Shown: piece by piece, positions 39,136-49,687 of the stretch
How positions within the stretch are numbered: position 1 is the first letter of the stretch
Layout of the letters: every line of letters begins with the position of its first letter
NCBI GenBank assembly: GCA_040877875.1
Contig: JBBDNC010000115.1
Coordinates: 14,103 to 78,102, forward strand
DNA from: Balneolaceae bacterium
Lineage (GTDB): Bacteria; Bacteroidota; Rhodothermia; Balneolales; Balneolaceae
Length of the DNA stretch: 64,000 nt
Direction: 5' to 3'
Notes under the pieces: model-generated
The model's input: only the letters and a program-made list of their open reading frames with translations
Database searches by the model: none
What the model was told of the DNA's origin: nothing
Translations under genes and position numbers: made by a program

Positions 39136-39984
39136 CTAACTGACAAGTTCCCCGACAAAATTTGGCAGCGCGAAACAGGACCGGTGAACATCGGAATTGT
39201 AGTATTTCAAATTTCGAAGCTGATTTGCATTCTCCAGTACCCTCCCGACTACAATCTCATCCAGCGGATGATCTTTTTGGGAAGCACACATCATTGACCA
39301 CATTCCTCCGGGATATAACGGTATATAAGACAAATATAGGGAAGCAAACGTAAATAGTTCTTCAAGCGAGCTGTACACCTTTTTAATACTTGAGTGATAA
39401 GCAGATACCCACGGGCTTTCAGTTTGTGCTGTCAGCACTCCGTGCCCGCTTAAGGCATTCTGACAATGCTTATAGAACTCTTTCTCAAACAACCCTTCTG
39501 CCGGCCCTACCGGATCAGAACCGTCTATCATGATCACATCATAGGGCTGATTTACATTTTTCACAAATGATATTCCATCCTGGAACAAGACATTAAGCTT
39601 CGGATTTTCAAAATCTCCCACCCCTGGCAAAAACTTTTTTGAAGCTTCTACTACGGTTTCGTCAATTTCAACCATATCCACATGTTGAACCGATGAGTGC
39701 TTCATCACTTCACGAGCTGTGCCTCCGTCGCCTCCCCCGATGATCAATACCCGTTCGGGAGAAGGATGGGTAAATAGCCCCACATGAGCTAACATTTCAT
39801 GATAGACAAATTCATCTTTTTCAGATAGCATGACCATTCCATCGATGACCATCAGATTTCCCCAGGTATCCGTTTCATAGACTTCCACAAGTTGATAGTC
39901 GGATTGCCTGGAATACAATAACCGGTTGACACCTACGGTAAGTCCTGTTCGTCCGTTATAGAATTCATTGAATTGAATGGGCAT
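39136..39984 (-). CDS. speE: Spermidine synthase / polyamine aminopropyltransferase
   Basis: 282 aa. VLIIGGGDGGTAREV, DMVEID, IMIDGSDPVGPAEGLF. Confidence 0.9.
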   Translation of the reverse strand: MPIQFNEFYNGRTGLTVGVNRLLYSRQSDYQLVEVYETDTWGNLMVIDGMVMLSEKDEFVYHEMLAHVGLFTHPSPERVLIIGGGDGGTAREVMKHSSVQHVDMVEIDETVVEASKKFLPGVGDFENPKLNVLFQDGISFVKNVNQPYDVIMIDGSDPVGPAEGLFEKEFYKHCQNALSGHGVLTAQTESPWVSAYHSSIKKVYSSLEELFTFASLYLSYIPLYPGGMWSMMCASQKDHPLDEIVVGRVLENANQLRNLKYYNSDVHRSCFALPNFVGELVS

Positions 39985-39993
39985 AGTGTTTTT

Positions 39994-40518
39994 CTATTTC
40001 AATGGATTTAAAGATCCTGTTGACTCGGTACGAATCGATTCCAGATCATACCAAAGAACGACTCCTGCAAAGGTTGAACCGCATACTTTAATCTTGTGCT
40101 CGATGCCAACCGATTTAATTTCCTTTAATTTGCGTTGTCGATATTCAAAGGCATCCACGACCATCTGTTGAACAATGGATTGAACGGTAGAAAGTTCCGC
40201 ATGATCTTCAAATTCCATAATCACCCCCGGTTCCTCAGGGTCTTCCGGAATTCCTACAGCTATTGCCGAAGAGATCATCCTGCCGGGCGTCACGGCATCA
40301 ATAGATGCATATGCCAAAGGAATCAACCCCCCTTTGGGAAGATTGATATCCTCTATACTTACCTGTTTCGCACCCGGGGGGAGAATACTGCTCATACGTA
40401 CAAGGTTTGTATCTCCCACTCCTGCCTGGATTAAAGCATTATCAAATGCATTCAATCTTGTGCGCCCTTCAGCCGCCCCCCGGACAAGCGAGAATAGATT
40501 TGGAGTTTTTACCATCAT
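39994..40518 (-). CDS. pdaD: Pyruvoyl-dependent arginine decarboxylase
   Basis: 174 aa. NAFDNALIQAGVGDTNLVRMSSILPPG carries the Ser-Ser self-cleavage site typical of PdaD. Confidence 0.85.
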   Translation of the reverse strand: MMVKTPNLFSLVRGAAEGRTRLNAFDNALIQAGVGDTNLVRMSSILPPGAKQVSIEDINLPKGGLIPLAYASIDAVTPGRMISSAIAVGIPEDPEEPGVIMEFEDHAELSTVQSIVQQMVVDAFEYRQRKLKEIKSVGIEHKIKVCGSTFAGVVLWYDLESIRTESTGSLNPLK

Positions 40519-40625
40519 AATTCGTTAAATGTAGAGATCACTTTCGGTTGATATTGAGATGAATTTGCGGAAATGAAATGGGTTAACGAAAAGCGGAAGG
40601 TTTTCTCCATAGCGGTTGCTTTCAT

Positions 40626-41039
40626 TTACTTATTATTCCAGGCAGAGACTTCCGAGCTGGGTTTAAAAAGCAGTTTTTGTCCTTGCGGAACCATAAACAT
40701 CCCTCTTTTCATTTCCATACTTGAAACATTTGCCGATTCGAATAAATCTTTCAATTTTTCCTGAATAATCCAGGGGTCAATGGTGTCTCCGCATGTAAAA
40801 ATATCGACCGCAGCATAATTATATTCCGGCCATGTATGGATAGCAACATGAGATTCGGCAATCACAATAACACCGCTGATCCCGTATGGACTAAACTTAT
40901 GAAAGTTATGTGAAATTAGGGTTGCTCCCGATTCTTTAGTCGCCTCTAATAGTGATTGCTCAATAAACTCAATATCATTGATTCTTGACTCATTACAATC
41001 ATAATATTCAACGAGAATTTGTCTGCCAAGTGCTTGCAT
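40626..41039 (-). CDS. speH: S-adenosylmethionine decarboxylase proenzyme (small bacterial/archaeal type)
   Basis: 137 aa. GVIVIAESHVAIHTWPE carries the Glu-Ser processing site, followed by VDIFTCG. Confidence 0.85.
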   Translation of the reverse strand: MQALGRQILVEYYDCNESRINDIEFIEQSLLEATKESGATLISHNFHKFSPYGISGVIVIAESHVAIHTWPEYNYAAVDIFTCGDTIDPWIIQEKLKDLFESANVSSMEMKRGMFMVPQGQKLLFKPSSEVSAWNNK

Positions 41040-41297
41040 TTTTTCTTACTCTTTAAAAAGCCATTTTATTAAAAATTCGGATTTCTATGTATTACCCCGT
41101 ACAGGCCGGTTTATAACCTTAGTAGAGACTGAACGATTTACTTCTATGTTTTTGAGTATATCGAAACAAAATAATTGCAACGATAAAACGATCCCGGTTG
41201 ATACTTATTTGTTTTTTGAGAACCGTTCTTCTGCCAAACCGATGAATCCACCCATTCCGGCAATAAGCCAATAAATTACACAGATTTTTAACATTAA

Positions 41298-43286
41298 ATG
41301 AAAGAGAAACTAAAAAAAATCTCAACGGAACAATTGACCGAAATCTATGAGGCACTCTACCTTCCCCGGGCCATAGAGGAAAAGATGCTTTCGCTTCTTC
41401 GTCAAAACAAGATCAGCAAATGGTTTTCCGGGATCGGACAGGAAGCCATTTCAGTGGGAGTCGGGCTATCTGTTGACCGGGATGATTTTCTGCTTCCGAT
41501 GCATCGTAATCTCGGTCTATTTACAACACGGGGGGTTCCTCTCTACCCTCTTTTTTGTCAGCTTTTGGGAAAAGCTGACGGGTTCAGCGGAGGACGGGAG
41601 CGGTCGTTTCATTTTGGGGCTCTTGACTATAAAATTGTGGGAATGATCTCACATCTGGCAGCAACGATGCCGATTGCCGACGGACTCGCACTGGCCCAAA
41701 AATTAAAACGAACGGACCAGATCGTCGTTAGTTTTTGCGGAGACGGCGCGACAAGTGAAGGGGATTTTCATGAATCCCTGAACCTGGCAGCAGTGTGGAA
41801 GCTCCCTGTTATTTTTATGATAGAAAATAACGGCTATGGATTGTCGACGCCCGTTTCGGAACAGTTCGCTTGCAAAAGTCTCGCAGATCGGGCTGCCGGG
41901 TATGGAATGAAAGGCATGAAAATAGACGGAAACAATATTTTCGAGGTAATGGAAGCAGTACATGAGGCAAGAGAGATGGCACTGAAGGGAAAGCCGGTGT
42001 TCATTGAAGCCATGACCTTCAGGATGCGCGGACACGAGGAGGCATCGGGTACATTTTATGTATCGGATGAACAAATAGAGGCATGGAAAGCTAAAGATCC
42101 GCTCCAACGGGTTGAAAGCAGGTTGCTGGAATCAGGCTTTATGAAGGATAAAAATAATTTGAACCGGATTCGGAAGAAAGTTCAATCGGAGTTTACAGAA
42201 GAATTGGAAAAAGCTTTGGAAGCCCGGGACCCTGTTTTGAATACGGATAAAGAACTTTCAAGGGCCGGCCTGGTAAAATATCATGAAACCGTTAAGACGG
42301 AGCCTCAGGGGGTTCAAATCAAAAGGAGATTTATTGACGGTATCCGGACTGCCTTGTATCAGGCTTTTGACGAAGACTCCACATTGATAATGATGGGACA
42401 GGACATAGCAGAGTACGGAGGGGTATTTAAAGTAACAGAGGGATTCCTGGAGGCCTTCGGAAAAGATCGAATTCGAAATACTCCCATCATCGAGTCGGGT
42501 ATTATCGGCACAGCAATCGGACTTTCACTGGAGGGTTTCAAACCCGTCGTGGAAATGCAATTTGCCGATTTTATATCCTGTGGGTACAATCAGATTGTGA
42601 ATAATCTTTCCAAAGGGCATTATCGCTGGATGCCACCCTTGAATGTTACAATCCGGGCCCCCCACGGAGCCGGTGTAGGAGCCGGCCCCTTCCATTCTCA
42701 GTCGCCCGAAGGATGGTTTATGTCTCATCCCGGTTTACGAATCCTTGTGCCGGGAACCGTAGATGATGCCCAGAATATGCTTTATTCTTCTTTATTCGAC
42801 TCGAACCCCACCCTGTTTTTTGAACATAAAAAACTCTACCGCAGTCTAAAAGAAGAAATTCCCGGGCGTTGCAGGTTCGTTGATTTGGACCACGCAGTGG
42901 TTCGGCGTCCGGGAAGAGACGTATCAATTATTACGTATGGTCTCGGTTTGCAGTGGGCTCAAGAGATTGCAGAGGAATATGAAAAATCGGGAGTCTCTCT
43001 TGAAATTGTTGATCTTCGAACTCTTGCTCCTCTCGATCGAAACACCCTGAGAAAATCAGTTGAAAAAACCTCCAAAGTTCTCCTGCTACAGGAACCTTCT
43101 CAAACCCTGGGCCCGATGAGTGAATTGTCGGCTATTATCATGGAGGAGTGTTTTGAATTTCTGGATGCCCCGGTAATTCGCTGCTCTTCACTGGATACTC
43201 CTGTCCCCTTCAACCGGGAACTTGAAAAGGGATTCCTTGCACGATACCGTTTACATGAAAAACTGGACACATTGCTGGAATATTAA
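41298..43286 (+). CDS. Fused alpha/beta E1 component of a 2-oxoacid (branched-chain type) dehydrogenase, TPP-dependent
   Basis: 662 aa. The alpha part has GDGATSEGDFHESLN. The beta part has MGQDIAEYGGVFKVT and NTPIIESGIIG. No E2 or E3 gene is adjacent. Confidence 0.85.
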   Translation: MKEKLKKISTEQLTEIYEALYLPRAIEEKMLSLLRQNKISKWFSGIGQEAISVGVGLSVDRDDFLLPMHRNLGLFTTRGVPLYPLFCQLLGKADGFSGGRERSFHFGALDYKIVGMISHLAATMPIADGLALAQKLKRTDQIVVSFCGDGATSEGDFHESLNLAAVWKLPVIFMIENNGYGLSTPVSEQFACKSLADRAAGYGMKGMKIDGNNIFEVMEAVHEAREMALKGKPVFIEAMTFRMRGHEEASGTFYVSDEQIEAWKAKDPLQRVESRLLESGFMKDKNNLNRIRKKVQSEFTEELEKALEARDPVLNTDKELSRAGLVKYHETVKTEPQGVQIKRRFIDGIRTALYQAFDEDSTLIMMGQDIAEYGGVFKVTEGFLEAFGKDRIRNTPIIESGIIGTAIGLSLEGFKPVVEMQFADFISCGYNQIVNNLSKGHYRWMPPLNVTIRAPHGAGVGAGPFHSQSPEGWFMSHPGLRILVPGTVDDAQNMLYSSLFDSNPTLFFEHKKLYRSLKEEIPGRCRFVDLDHAVVRRPGRDVSIITYGLGLQWAQEIAEEYEKSGVSLEIVDLRTLAPLDRNTLRKSVEKTSKVLLLQEPSQTLGPMSELSAIIMEECFEFLDAPVIRCSSLDTPVPFNRELEKGFLARYRLHEKLDTLLEY

Positions 43287-43294
43287 TCGTCCTA

Positions 43295-44383
43295 TTATTC
43301 TTCTCCATGCTTCCTGTAATAATTCTCAGTTCCGAGGAGTCGTTTGATCAACAGGAATAAAATCGTAGTTGAATCCAGGGTACTGAACCCCTTGGCAGAC
43401 CGGTCGGTATCCAGAAGAGCTTCGTATACTGCCGGCATCTCCGCCAGGCTGAACCCGGAGGCATCTTCCCATAATTTGTTAAAGAACCAGTTGTTTTTGA
43501 TTCCCATCTCCTGCTGAATTTTTGATTTTGCCATCCCCCTTTCCTTAAGGCGGCAAATCTGCCAGATATTGCCGAATACACTATAAAAGAAACCGACCGT
43601 ACGTATGATCTCCCCGTTTTCCGAATTTGCTGCCAGCAGCATCTTTTCAGCAATTTTCACAGACTTTTCCAGATCTCGTGATATCACGGCTTCTTTTAGT
43701 TCGATAACTGAAAATTCTCGGTAAGAGCCGATTATTTTTATTACATGATCCCTGTTAATCCTGGATTCCTCATCGACATAAGTACAAACCTTTTCTATTT
43801 CCGTAGCCAGTATTTGAAGGTTATCGCCGGCAAGCTGAGTCAGAATCTGGGCTGCTTCCGGATCCATTTCTTTTTTATGCTTATGGCGGACCCAATCGGC
43901 CGCCCAATCCGGCAGTTTATAGTCGGGAAGTTTATTAAACTCCCTGGAATAGACATTTGTTGAATTTGTCAGGGCCTTTCCCAAATTTGTTCTTTTGTCA
44001 GGGGATTTGGTGTCTATCAGACAAAGAAAGGTTGTCGGATTTGGATTCTCAAGATATGGAATAAAATCATTGACATGCCCCTCTTCCTCTGCCCTGCCCC
44101 CCAACTTGGCGAAGTCGCGCACTACTACCACTCTTAGATCCGCCATCATCGGATAGCTTCGGGCAATGTCCAGAACTTTATTGGGGCTCACTTCACTTCC
44201 ATATAGCAAATCCAGGTTAAAATCCTGCTGATCCGGTTGAATTTGCCGGATCGCTTCATCCTGGAGCAAATCCAGGAAAAAAGTTTCGTCCCCATAGAAA
44301 AAATAAACCGGTTTCCGGTGATTCGGATTTCGGATACTCTGCAGAGCTTCCCGGTAAAATTCTATGCTGGTTTTTTTAGCCAA
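43295..44383 (-). CDS. holA: DNA polymerase III subunit delta
   Basis: 362 aa. N-terminal PVYFFYGDETFFLD, and length and helical C-terminus typical of HolA. Confidence 0.72.
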   Translation of the reverse strand: MAKKTSIEFYREALQSIRNPNHRKPVYFFYGDETFFLDLLQDEAIRQIQPDQQDFNLDLLYGSEVSPNKVLDIARSYPMMADLRVVVVRDFAKLGGRAEEEGHVNDFIPYLENPNPTTFLCLIDTKSPDKRTNLGKALTNSTNVYSREFNKLPDYKLPDWAADWVRHKHKKEMDPEAAQILTQLAGDNLQILATEIEKVCTYVDEESRINRDHVIKIIGSYREFSVIELKEAVISRDLEKSVKIAEKMLLAANSENGEIIRTVGFFYSVFGNIWQICRLKERGMAKSKIQQEMGIKNNWFFNKLWEDASGFSLAEMPAVYEALLDTDRSAKGFSTLDSTTILFLLIKRLLGTENYYRKHGEE

Positions 44384-44444
44384 AATCTATGATTTGTGAT
44401 TCAACAGGTTTTACAGCATTTGCAGAATCAATTTACAACAAAAA

Positions 44445-45950
44445 TCAGGGAGTCAGCCTTCCCAGCATGCGCGGAAACGGAATGGTTTCCCGAACATGTG
44501 TGAGGCCGCAAATCCAAGCCAATGTACGTTCCAGGCCCAATCCGTAGCCGGAATGCGGGACAGATCCATACCGCCGCAAATCGAGATACCATTGGAAAGG
44601 CTCTTCCGGCAAGTCATGTTCTGCGATTCGCTTTCGCAGCATGTCCAGGTTGTCTTCCCGTTCACTGCCGCCGATTATTTCACCATATCCTTCCGGGGCC
44701 AGTACGTCCATTGCCAAAGCTAACTGATCGTCTTCAGGATCGCGTTTCATATAGAATGCCTTTACTTCAGCCGGATAACGGTGAACAATGACCGGAGCGT
44801 CAAATTGCATGGTAAGGATCGTTTCATCACTTCCCCCGAAGTCATTTCCCCATTCAAAATTGATAGCCGATTTTTTCCATACCGGGATATTTCTAAGGTC
44901 TTCTTCGATCTGGTCCCGGCGAGTTGCAATTTCCTGGATGCGTTGATCTATCTGGGATTTTCTCCACTTTTTGGCAGATCCGTGTTCTTTTTTTATCGCC
45001 TCAAGTTCTACTGCGAGATTTTCCTGCTCTTCCTTTCGATCCTTCGTCATCTTATCGAGCATTTCCGTGGTTTCCCCGCTCTTTAACTTTTCTACTGCTT
45101 CTGAATAGGTCATTCTGTGGAACGGGTTCCGGAGAGCCTGCTCCAGGTATGTGGTGTCTCTTTCAAGAATCTCAAGATCTGACCGGCTGGATTCAAGGAT
45201 CTCCCCGAGAATAAATTTAATCATCTCTTCCGCAAGGTCCATGTTCATATCCAGATCATAATAAGCCATTTCAGGCTCAATCATCCAGAATTCAGTCAGA
45301 TGGCGGCGTGTCTTGCTTTTCTCGGCTCGAAAAGTGGGACCGAACGTGTAAACTTTGCCATGTGCCATGGCCATCGCCTCGGCATAAAGCTGACCGGATT
45401 GAGTCAGATAAGCTTTTTCGTCAAAATAATCTGTTTCAAACAAGGTGGTAGTGCCTTCGGCGGCATTCCCGGTAAACACAGGGGCATCGAGTTGTAGGAA
45501 ATCCCGTTCCTGAAAAAACTTGTGGATGGCAAATATAATGGCGTTTCGAACCCGCATGGCCGCCCATTGTCTCCTGCTTCTTAACCACAGATGACGGTTT
45601 TCCATTAAAAATTCCACTCCATGTTCTTTTGGAGTAATTGGGTAATCCTCCGCTATTTGATGGATTTTTAAATTTGATACATGAAGCTCGTATCCCCCGA
45701 CACTTCGATCGTCCTTTACGACCCGTCCACTAATTTCCAGTGAACTTTCCTGTTTAAGCGATGCGGCGGAATCCCAGACATTTTCCGGTACTTCATCTTT
45801 TGCTACAATACATTGACACAGGCCGGAGCCGTCCCGCATTTCAATAAACTGAAGATTTTTACTGCTTCTGTAATTATATACCCAACCTTTAAGGGTGACG
45901 CTTTGATCTTCATGTTTGTTTAAATGTTTGATATAAACCATGGATTTCAA
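44445..45950 (-). CDS. asnS: Asparagine--tRNA ligase
   Basis: OB-fold N-terminus, motif 2 [21 protein letters not shown], motif 3 GYGLGLERT. It carries a charged insertion of about 60-70 aa. Confidence 0.9.
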   Translation of the reverse strand: MKSMVYIKHLNKHEDQSVTLKGWVYNYRSSKNLQFIEMRDGSGLCQCIVAKDEVPENVWDSAASLKQESSLEISGRVVKDDRSVGGYELHVSNLKIHQIAEDYPITPKEHGVEFLMENRHLWLRSRRQWAAMRVRNAIIFAIHKFFQERDFLQLDAPVFTGNAAEGTTTLFETDYFDEKAYLTQSGQLYAEAMAMAHGKVYTFGPTFRAEKSKTRRHLTEFWMIEPEMAYYDLDMNMDLAEEMIKFILGEILESSRSDLEILERDTTYLEQALRNPFHRMTYSEAVEKLKSGETTEMLDKMTKDRKEEQENLAVELEAIKKEHGSAKKWRKSQIDQRIQEIATRRDQIEEDLRNIPVWKKSAINFEWGNDFGGSDETILTMQFDAPVIVHRYPAEVKAFYMKRDPEDDQLALAMDVLAPEGYGEIIGGSEREDNLDMLRKRIAEHDLPEEPFQWYLDLRRYGSVPHSGYGLGLERTLAWICGLTHVRETIPFPRMLGRLTP

Positions 45951-45978
45951 ATTTTTTCTAAAGCAAACTTATACAATT

Positions 45979-46008
45979 AAAAAAATCTTCCGGCCGCCGG
46001 CAGGAAAG
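45979..46008 (-). terminator. Probable Rho-independent terminator for the M16 peptidase gene
   Basis: On the minus strand, CTTCCTGCC-ggc-GGCCGGAAG (one mismatch) is followed by ATTTTTTT. Confidence 0.45.
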
Positions 46009-46127
46009 AATGGGAAAACACTGTTGTCTCCCCTTCAAGATCTGTTCAGGATAAAATGTATTTAACGGACAATCCCAGGTTCTTTTGAGTCCACTCAATT
46101 GAGCAATTCAGGACTCGTTTTCAATTC

Positions 46128-47399
46128 TTAACCACCTTCAGGTTGTTCTCCATTTTCAGGCAGCAATAACGTTTCCGAGTAATATTCCGAATTAAAAAAT
46201 TCTTCGGAAAATTCCTTTACATCCTCGTCGGTTACGCGATCAATATTCTCCACCAATTCATCAAGGGTTACAAACCTGTTGAAATAAAGTTCACTTTTCG
46301 CCAACCGGGTCATCCGATTATTCATACTCTCCTGGGAAAGTAATAATTTACCCTTTAATTGAGACTTGGATTCCTCCATTTCATTCCCAGAAATTGGTTC
46401 GGTAAACAATCTTTGAAATTCTGAAAATATGAGATCCCGTACGTGATCCACATAATTCCTGTCTGTCCCGATATAGACTCCAAACAGGCCTGCATCCGTA
46501 TAAGACTGATTGAAGGTGCCGATCGAGTAACAATATCCGAATTTTTCCCGGATATTTTGATGAAGCCTGGAACTCATGCCTCCCCCCAGAACCGTATTGG
46601 CAATTAAAAGCAGGTATTTGTGATCATGGTCAAAGTACAAGCCTCTCCGGCCGATAATCATGTGTGTTTGTTCTATCGGTTTGGTAATTACTTTCTTTTC
46701 GGCCTGATAGGAGGTCATGTTTTGGCCGTACTCAACGGAAGGATTCGAATTTGATTCTTCAAAATAATCCGACACAAGTTTTACAACCTTCTCATGCTCC
46801 ACATTGCCTGCTACCGAAACCAAGATATTCCAGGGTTGATATCGATGGTTTATATAGTCCAACAGATGATCTCTCGTAAACGAGTTGACCGTATCTTCAT
46901 ATCCAATGATAGGCCTGCCAAGAGGATGATTCTTAAAAACATGTCCGTTAAACTCTTCAAACAGAAAATCTTCAGGACTGTCCCTGTACATTTTCATCTC
47001 TTCAATTACCACCTTTTTTTCCTTCTCAATTTCTTCAAGGGGAAAAACAGGATTTTGAATCATATCCGTGAGGACGTCCAGTGCCAACGGTAACTGCGTA
47101 TCCAGGCATCGTGAATAATAACATGTATATTCATTGGATGTGAAAGCATTCAAATACCCCCCGACCGCTTCCATACTGAGTGCAATATCGTAGGCAGTTC
47201 TTTTTTCGGTGCCTTTAAAAAGCATGTGTTCCAGAAAGTGGGTAATGCCGGCCTGTTCCTCCGGCTCATTTCTGCTTCCGGTTTTCACCCAGACTCCCAC
47301 CGCAACACTTTTTACACTTTCAACTTTCTCCGTAATGATTTTAAGTCCGTTGTCGAGGGTGGTTTTTTTTACAAAATCGATGGATTTCCAGTTGCTCAT
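46128..47399 (-). CDS. M16-family (pitrilysin/insulinase-like) zinc peptidase
   Basis: HxxEH motif HFLEHMLFKGT. 423 aa. Confidence 0.85.
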   Translation of the reverse strand: MSNWKSIDFVKKTTLDNGLKIITEKVESVKSVAVGVWVKTGSRNEPEEQAGITHFLEHMLFKGTEKRTAYDIALSMEAVGGYLNAFTSNEYTCYYSRCLDTQLPLALDVLTDMIQNPVFPLEEIEKEKKVVIEEMKMYRDSPEDFLFEEFNGHVFKNHPLGRPIIGYEDTVNSFTRDHLLDYINHRYQPWNILVSVAGNVEHEKVVKLVSDYFEESNSNPSVEYGQNMTSYQAEKKVITKPIEQTHMIIGRRGLYFDHDHKYLLLIANTVLGGGMSSRLHQNIREKFGYCYSIGTFNQSYTDAGLFGVYIGTDRNYVDHVRDLIFSEFQRLFTEPISGNEMEESKSQLKGKLLLSQESMNNRMTRLAKSELYFNRFVTLDELVENIDRVTDEDVKEFSEEFFNSEYYSETLLLPENGEQPEGG

Positions 47400-47493
47400 C
47401 TTTCAATGATCCGATATAAATTAATTTCAGTATGACAAATACAGATGCGGCCATACATAAGTATGGTTGATATAACACCCGTGTTTGAGGTAA

Positions 47494-47525
47494 ATAAAAA
47501 AGCGTCTCTTTTTCGGGAGACGCTT
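47494..47525 (-). terminator. Rho-independent terminator of pnp
   Basis: On the minus strand, AAGCGTCTC-ccgaaaaa-GAGACGCTT (9-bp stem) is followed by TTTTATTTA. It lies 42 nt after the pnp stop. Confidence 0.7.
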
Positions 47526-47566
47526 TAATATACACAGCTTATGATTTCCAGGGAATACAGGCAGAA

Positions 47567-49687
47567 TCACGAATCATCATTTTTTGACAGGAGTGCCTTT
47601 CGTGATAAACGAAGTTTCCCACCGTGTTCCACTTTAAGCAGTTTAACGTCAATGACATCCCCTACCGACAGTTCATCATTAATGTCTTTCACATGTGAAT
47701 GATTCACTTCAGAGATATGCAGCAGGCCTTCCTTGCCCGGCACGATCTCAACAAATGCGCCGTATTCCTTCAGGGCTTTGACCGTTCCCGTATAGACAGC
47801 TCCTTCGTCAAGCTGGCCGGTGATTGCCTTGATGCGATCCTTCGCCTGTTCTGCTCTTTCAAGGTTGTCAGATGAAATGGTAATAATTCCCTGACCTTTT
47901 TCATTTTCCTCAACAAGAATTTCCGTTCCGGTTTCACGCTGCAAGGTCTGGATGACTTTTCCGCCAGGCCCGATAACAGCTCCGATCTGATCCCCGTCAA
48001 TTTCCATTTTCAGGAATTGAGGAGCAAATTCCGAAAGATCCTTTTTCGGCTCGGAAATGGTTTCACTCATTTTCTCAAGGATATGCATACGTCCGGTATG
48101 GGCCTGTTGCAGAGCTTCTTCAAGGATTTCAAAACTAATTCCCTTTACTTTTATATCCATCTGGGTAGCCGTTATACCCTCTGCGGTTCCTGCGGTTTTA
48201 AAATCCATATCTCCCATGAAATCTTCTTCACCGCGGATATCCGACAGAACCACAGATTCGTTATTCTCTCCTACAATCATCCCCATTGCTATTCCTGCAA
48301 CCGGTTTTTTCAAGGGTACGCCTGCATCCATCAATGCCATGGAACCTCCACAAACAGAAGCCATAGACGAAGATCCGTTCGACTCCAGTATGTCAGAGAT
48401 CACTCGTATAACATATCCGAACTCATCGAATCCCGGCATCATCATTTTCAATGCCCGTTCAGCCAGATAACCGTGACCGATTTCACGACGCCCGGGGCCT
48501 CTCAGGAAACCTGCTTCTCCCACACAATAAGGGGGGAAGTTATAATGGAGCATGAACTGCTTGGCATCTTCATAGAACAGGGTATCAATATTCTGCTCGT
48601 CCCGTTTGGAACCAAGCGTTACGGAACAAAGTGCCTGGGTTTCACCGCGGGTAAAAATTGCAGAACCATGAGCGCGGGGCAGGTACCCGATTTCCGTCCA
48701 AATATCCCGAATCTCCTCTGGGCCACGTCCGTCGATCCGCCGTTTCTTTTCCAGAATCAAGTGTCGGAGTTCCTCTTTCTCAATATCACTACAGATAGAA
48801 AGGATGTCACCTTCTGATTCTTTGTATCCTTCCAAAGCCGTTATTTTTTCGACAACCGTGTCTTTCAATTCCCGGATACGTTCTCCGTACTCTTCTTTTC
48901 CAAGCCCGGAATTGACAATCTCTTTCATCGAGTTCTCAGCCAGTTCACGTACCTTGCCTTCAAGTTCTTCATCTGCAGATTCGGGTACAAAAACCCGTTT
49001 TTCCCTGCCGTGTACTTCCCGCAACTCTTCCTGAAATGCACAGAGTTTTTGAATCGCCTCGTGTCCGGCCTTGATTCCCTCAAGCATCTCCTTCTCGGTC
49101 AATTCATCCATCTCGCCTTCAATCATAATGACACTGTCAGCCGTACCGCCAACCAGGACATCCATTTCACTGTTCTTCAGCTCATCGATAGTCGGATTAA
49201 TAACAAATTCTCCGTCTATCCGACCCACACGTACTTCAGCCATCGGCCCGTCAAATGGAATATCCGAGAGATGGATCGCAGCGGAAGCCCCCAATCCACC
49301 CAAAACATCAGCCAAATGCTGCCCATCTGATGAAATCACATAGCAAATTACCTGTGTTTCGTGATAATAACCTTGAGGAAACAAGGGACGCAAGCTTCGG
49401 TCGATCAGACGACTTGAAAGAATCTCAAGATCGGAAGGCCTGCCCTCCCGTTTCATAAATCCACCCGGAAATCGTCCGCCGGCCGAAAAACTTTCTCGCA
49501 GATCCACTACCATAGGGAAAAAATCCTGTCCCGGTTTAGCCTCTTTTGCACTCACAACTGTACAGAGTACCATGGTCTCACCCATTTGAACCACGACCGC
49601 TCCGTCAGCCTGTTTGGCCAGTCGGCCGGTTTCGATGGATAAGGTTTTTCCCGGTGCAAATTCAATACTTTTAAATTCTTTCTTCAT
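47567..49687 (-). CDS. pnp: Polyribonucleotide nucleotidyltransferase (PNPase)
   Basis: 706 aa. Two RNase PH domains, KH (IGPGGKVIQ) and S1 (VYTGTVKALKEYGAFVEI). Confidence 0.96.
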   Translation of the reverse strand: MKKEFKSIEFAPGKTLSIETGRLAKQADGAVVVQMGETMVLCTVVSAKEAKPGQDFFPMVVDLRESFSAGGRFPGGFMKREGRPSDLEILSSRLIDRSLRPLFPQGYYHETQVICYVISSDGQHLADVLGGLGASAAIHLSDIPFDGPMAEVRVGRIDGEFVINPTIDELKNSEMDVLVGGTADSVIMIEGEMDELTEKEMLEGIKAGHEAIQKLCAFQEELREVHGREKRVFVPESADEELEGKVRELAENSMKEIVNSGLGKEEYGERIRELKDTVVEKITALEGYKESEGDILSICSDIEKEELRHLILEKKRRIDGRGPEEIRDIWTEIGYLPRAHGSAIFTRGETQALCSVTLGSKRDEQNIDTLFYEDAKQFMLHYNFPPYCVGEAGFLRGPGRREIGHGYLAERALKMMMPGFDEFGYVIRVISDILESNGSSSMASVCGGSMALMDAGVPLKKPVAGIAMGMIVGENNESVVLSDIRGEEDFMGDMDFKTAGTAEGITATQMDIKVKGISFEILEEALQQAHTGRMHILEKMSETISEPKKDLSEFAPQFLKMEIDGDQIGAVIGPGGKVIQTLQRETGTEILVEENEKGQGIITISSDNLERAEQAKDRIKAITGQLDEGAVYTGTVKALKEYGAFVEIVPGKEGLLHISEVNHSHVKDINDELSVGDVIDVKLLKVEHGGKLRLSRKALLSKNDDS

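Noticed and set aside
39004-39297. 97-aa plus-strand ORF, and a 64-aa minus-strand ORF at 57350..57544, sharing the peptide LNKTPGF-KPS
   Set aside because: The shared peptide is a translation of the repeated DNA core, not evidence of a protein family. The first ORF also runs antisense into speE.
41119-41355. 78-aa minus-strand ORF in the speH / E1 dehydrogenase intergenic region
   Set aside because: It overlaps the start of the E1 gene, is basic and low-complexity, and has no motif. I also looked for a SAM riboswitch upstream of speH here and saw no convincing match.
48017-48817. 266-aa plus-strand ORF inside pnp
   Set aside because: It is entirely antisense to a well-supported PNPase gene and has no recognisable motifs.
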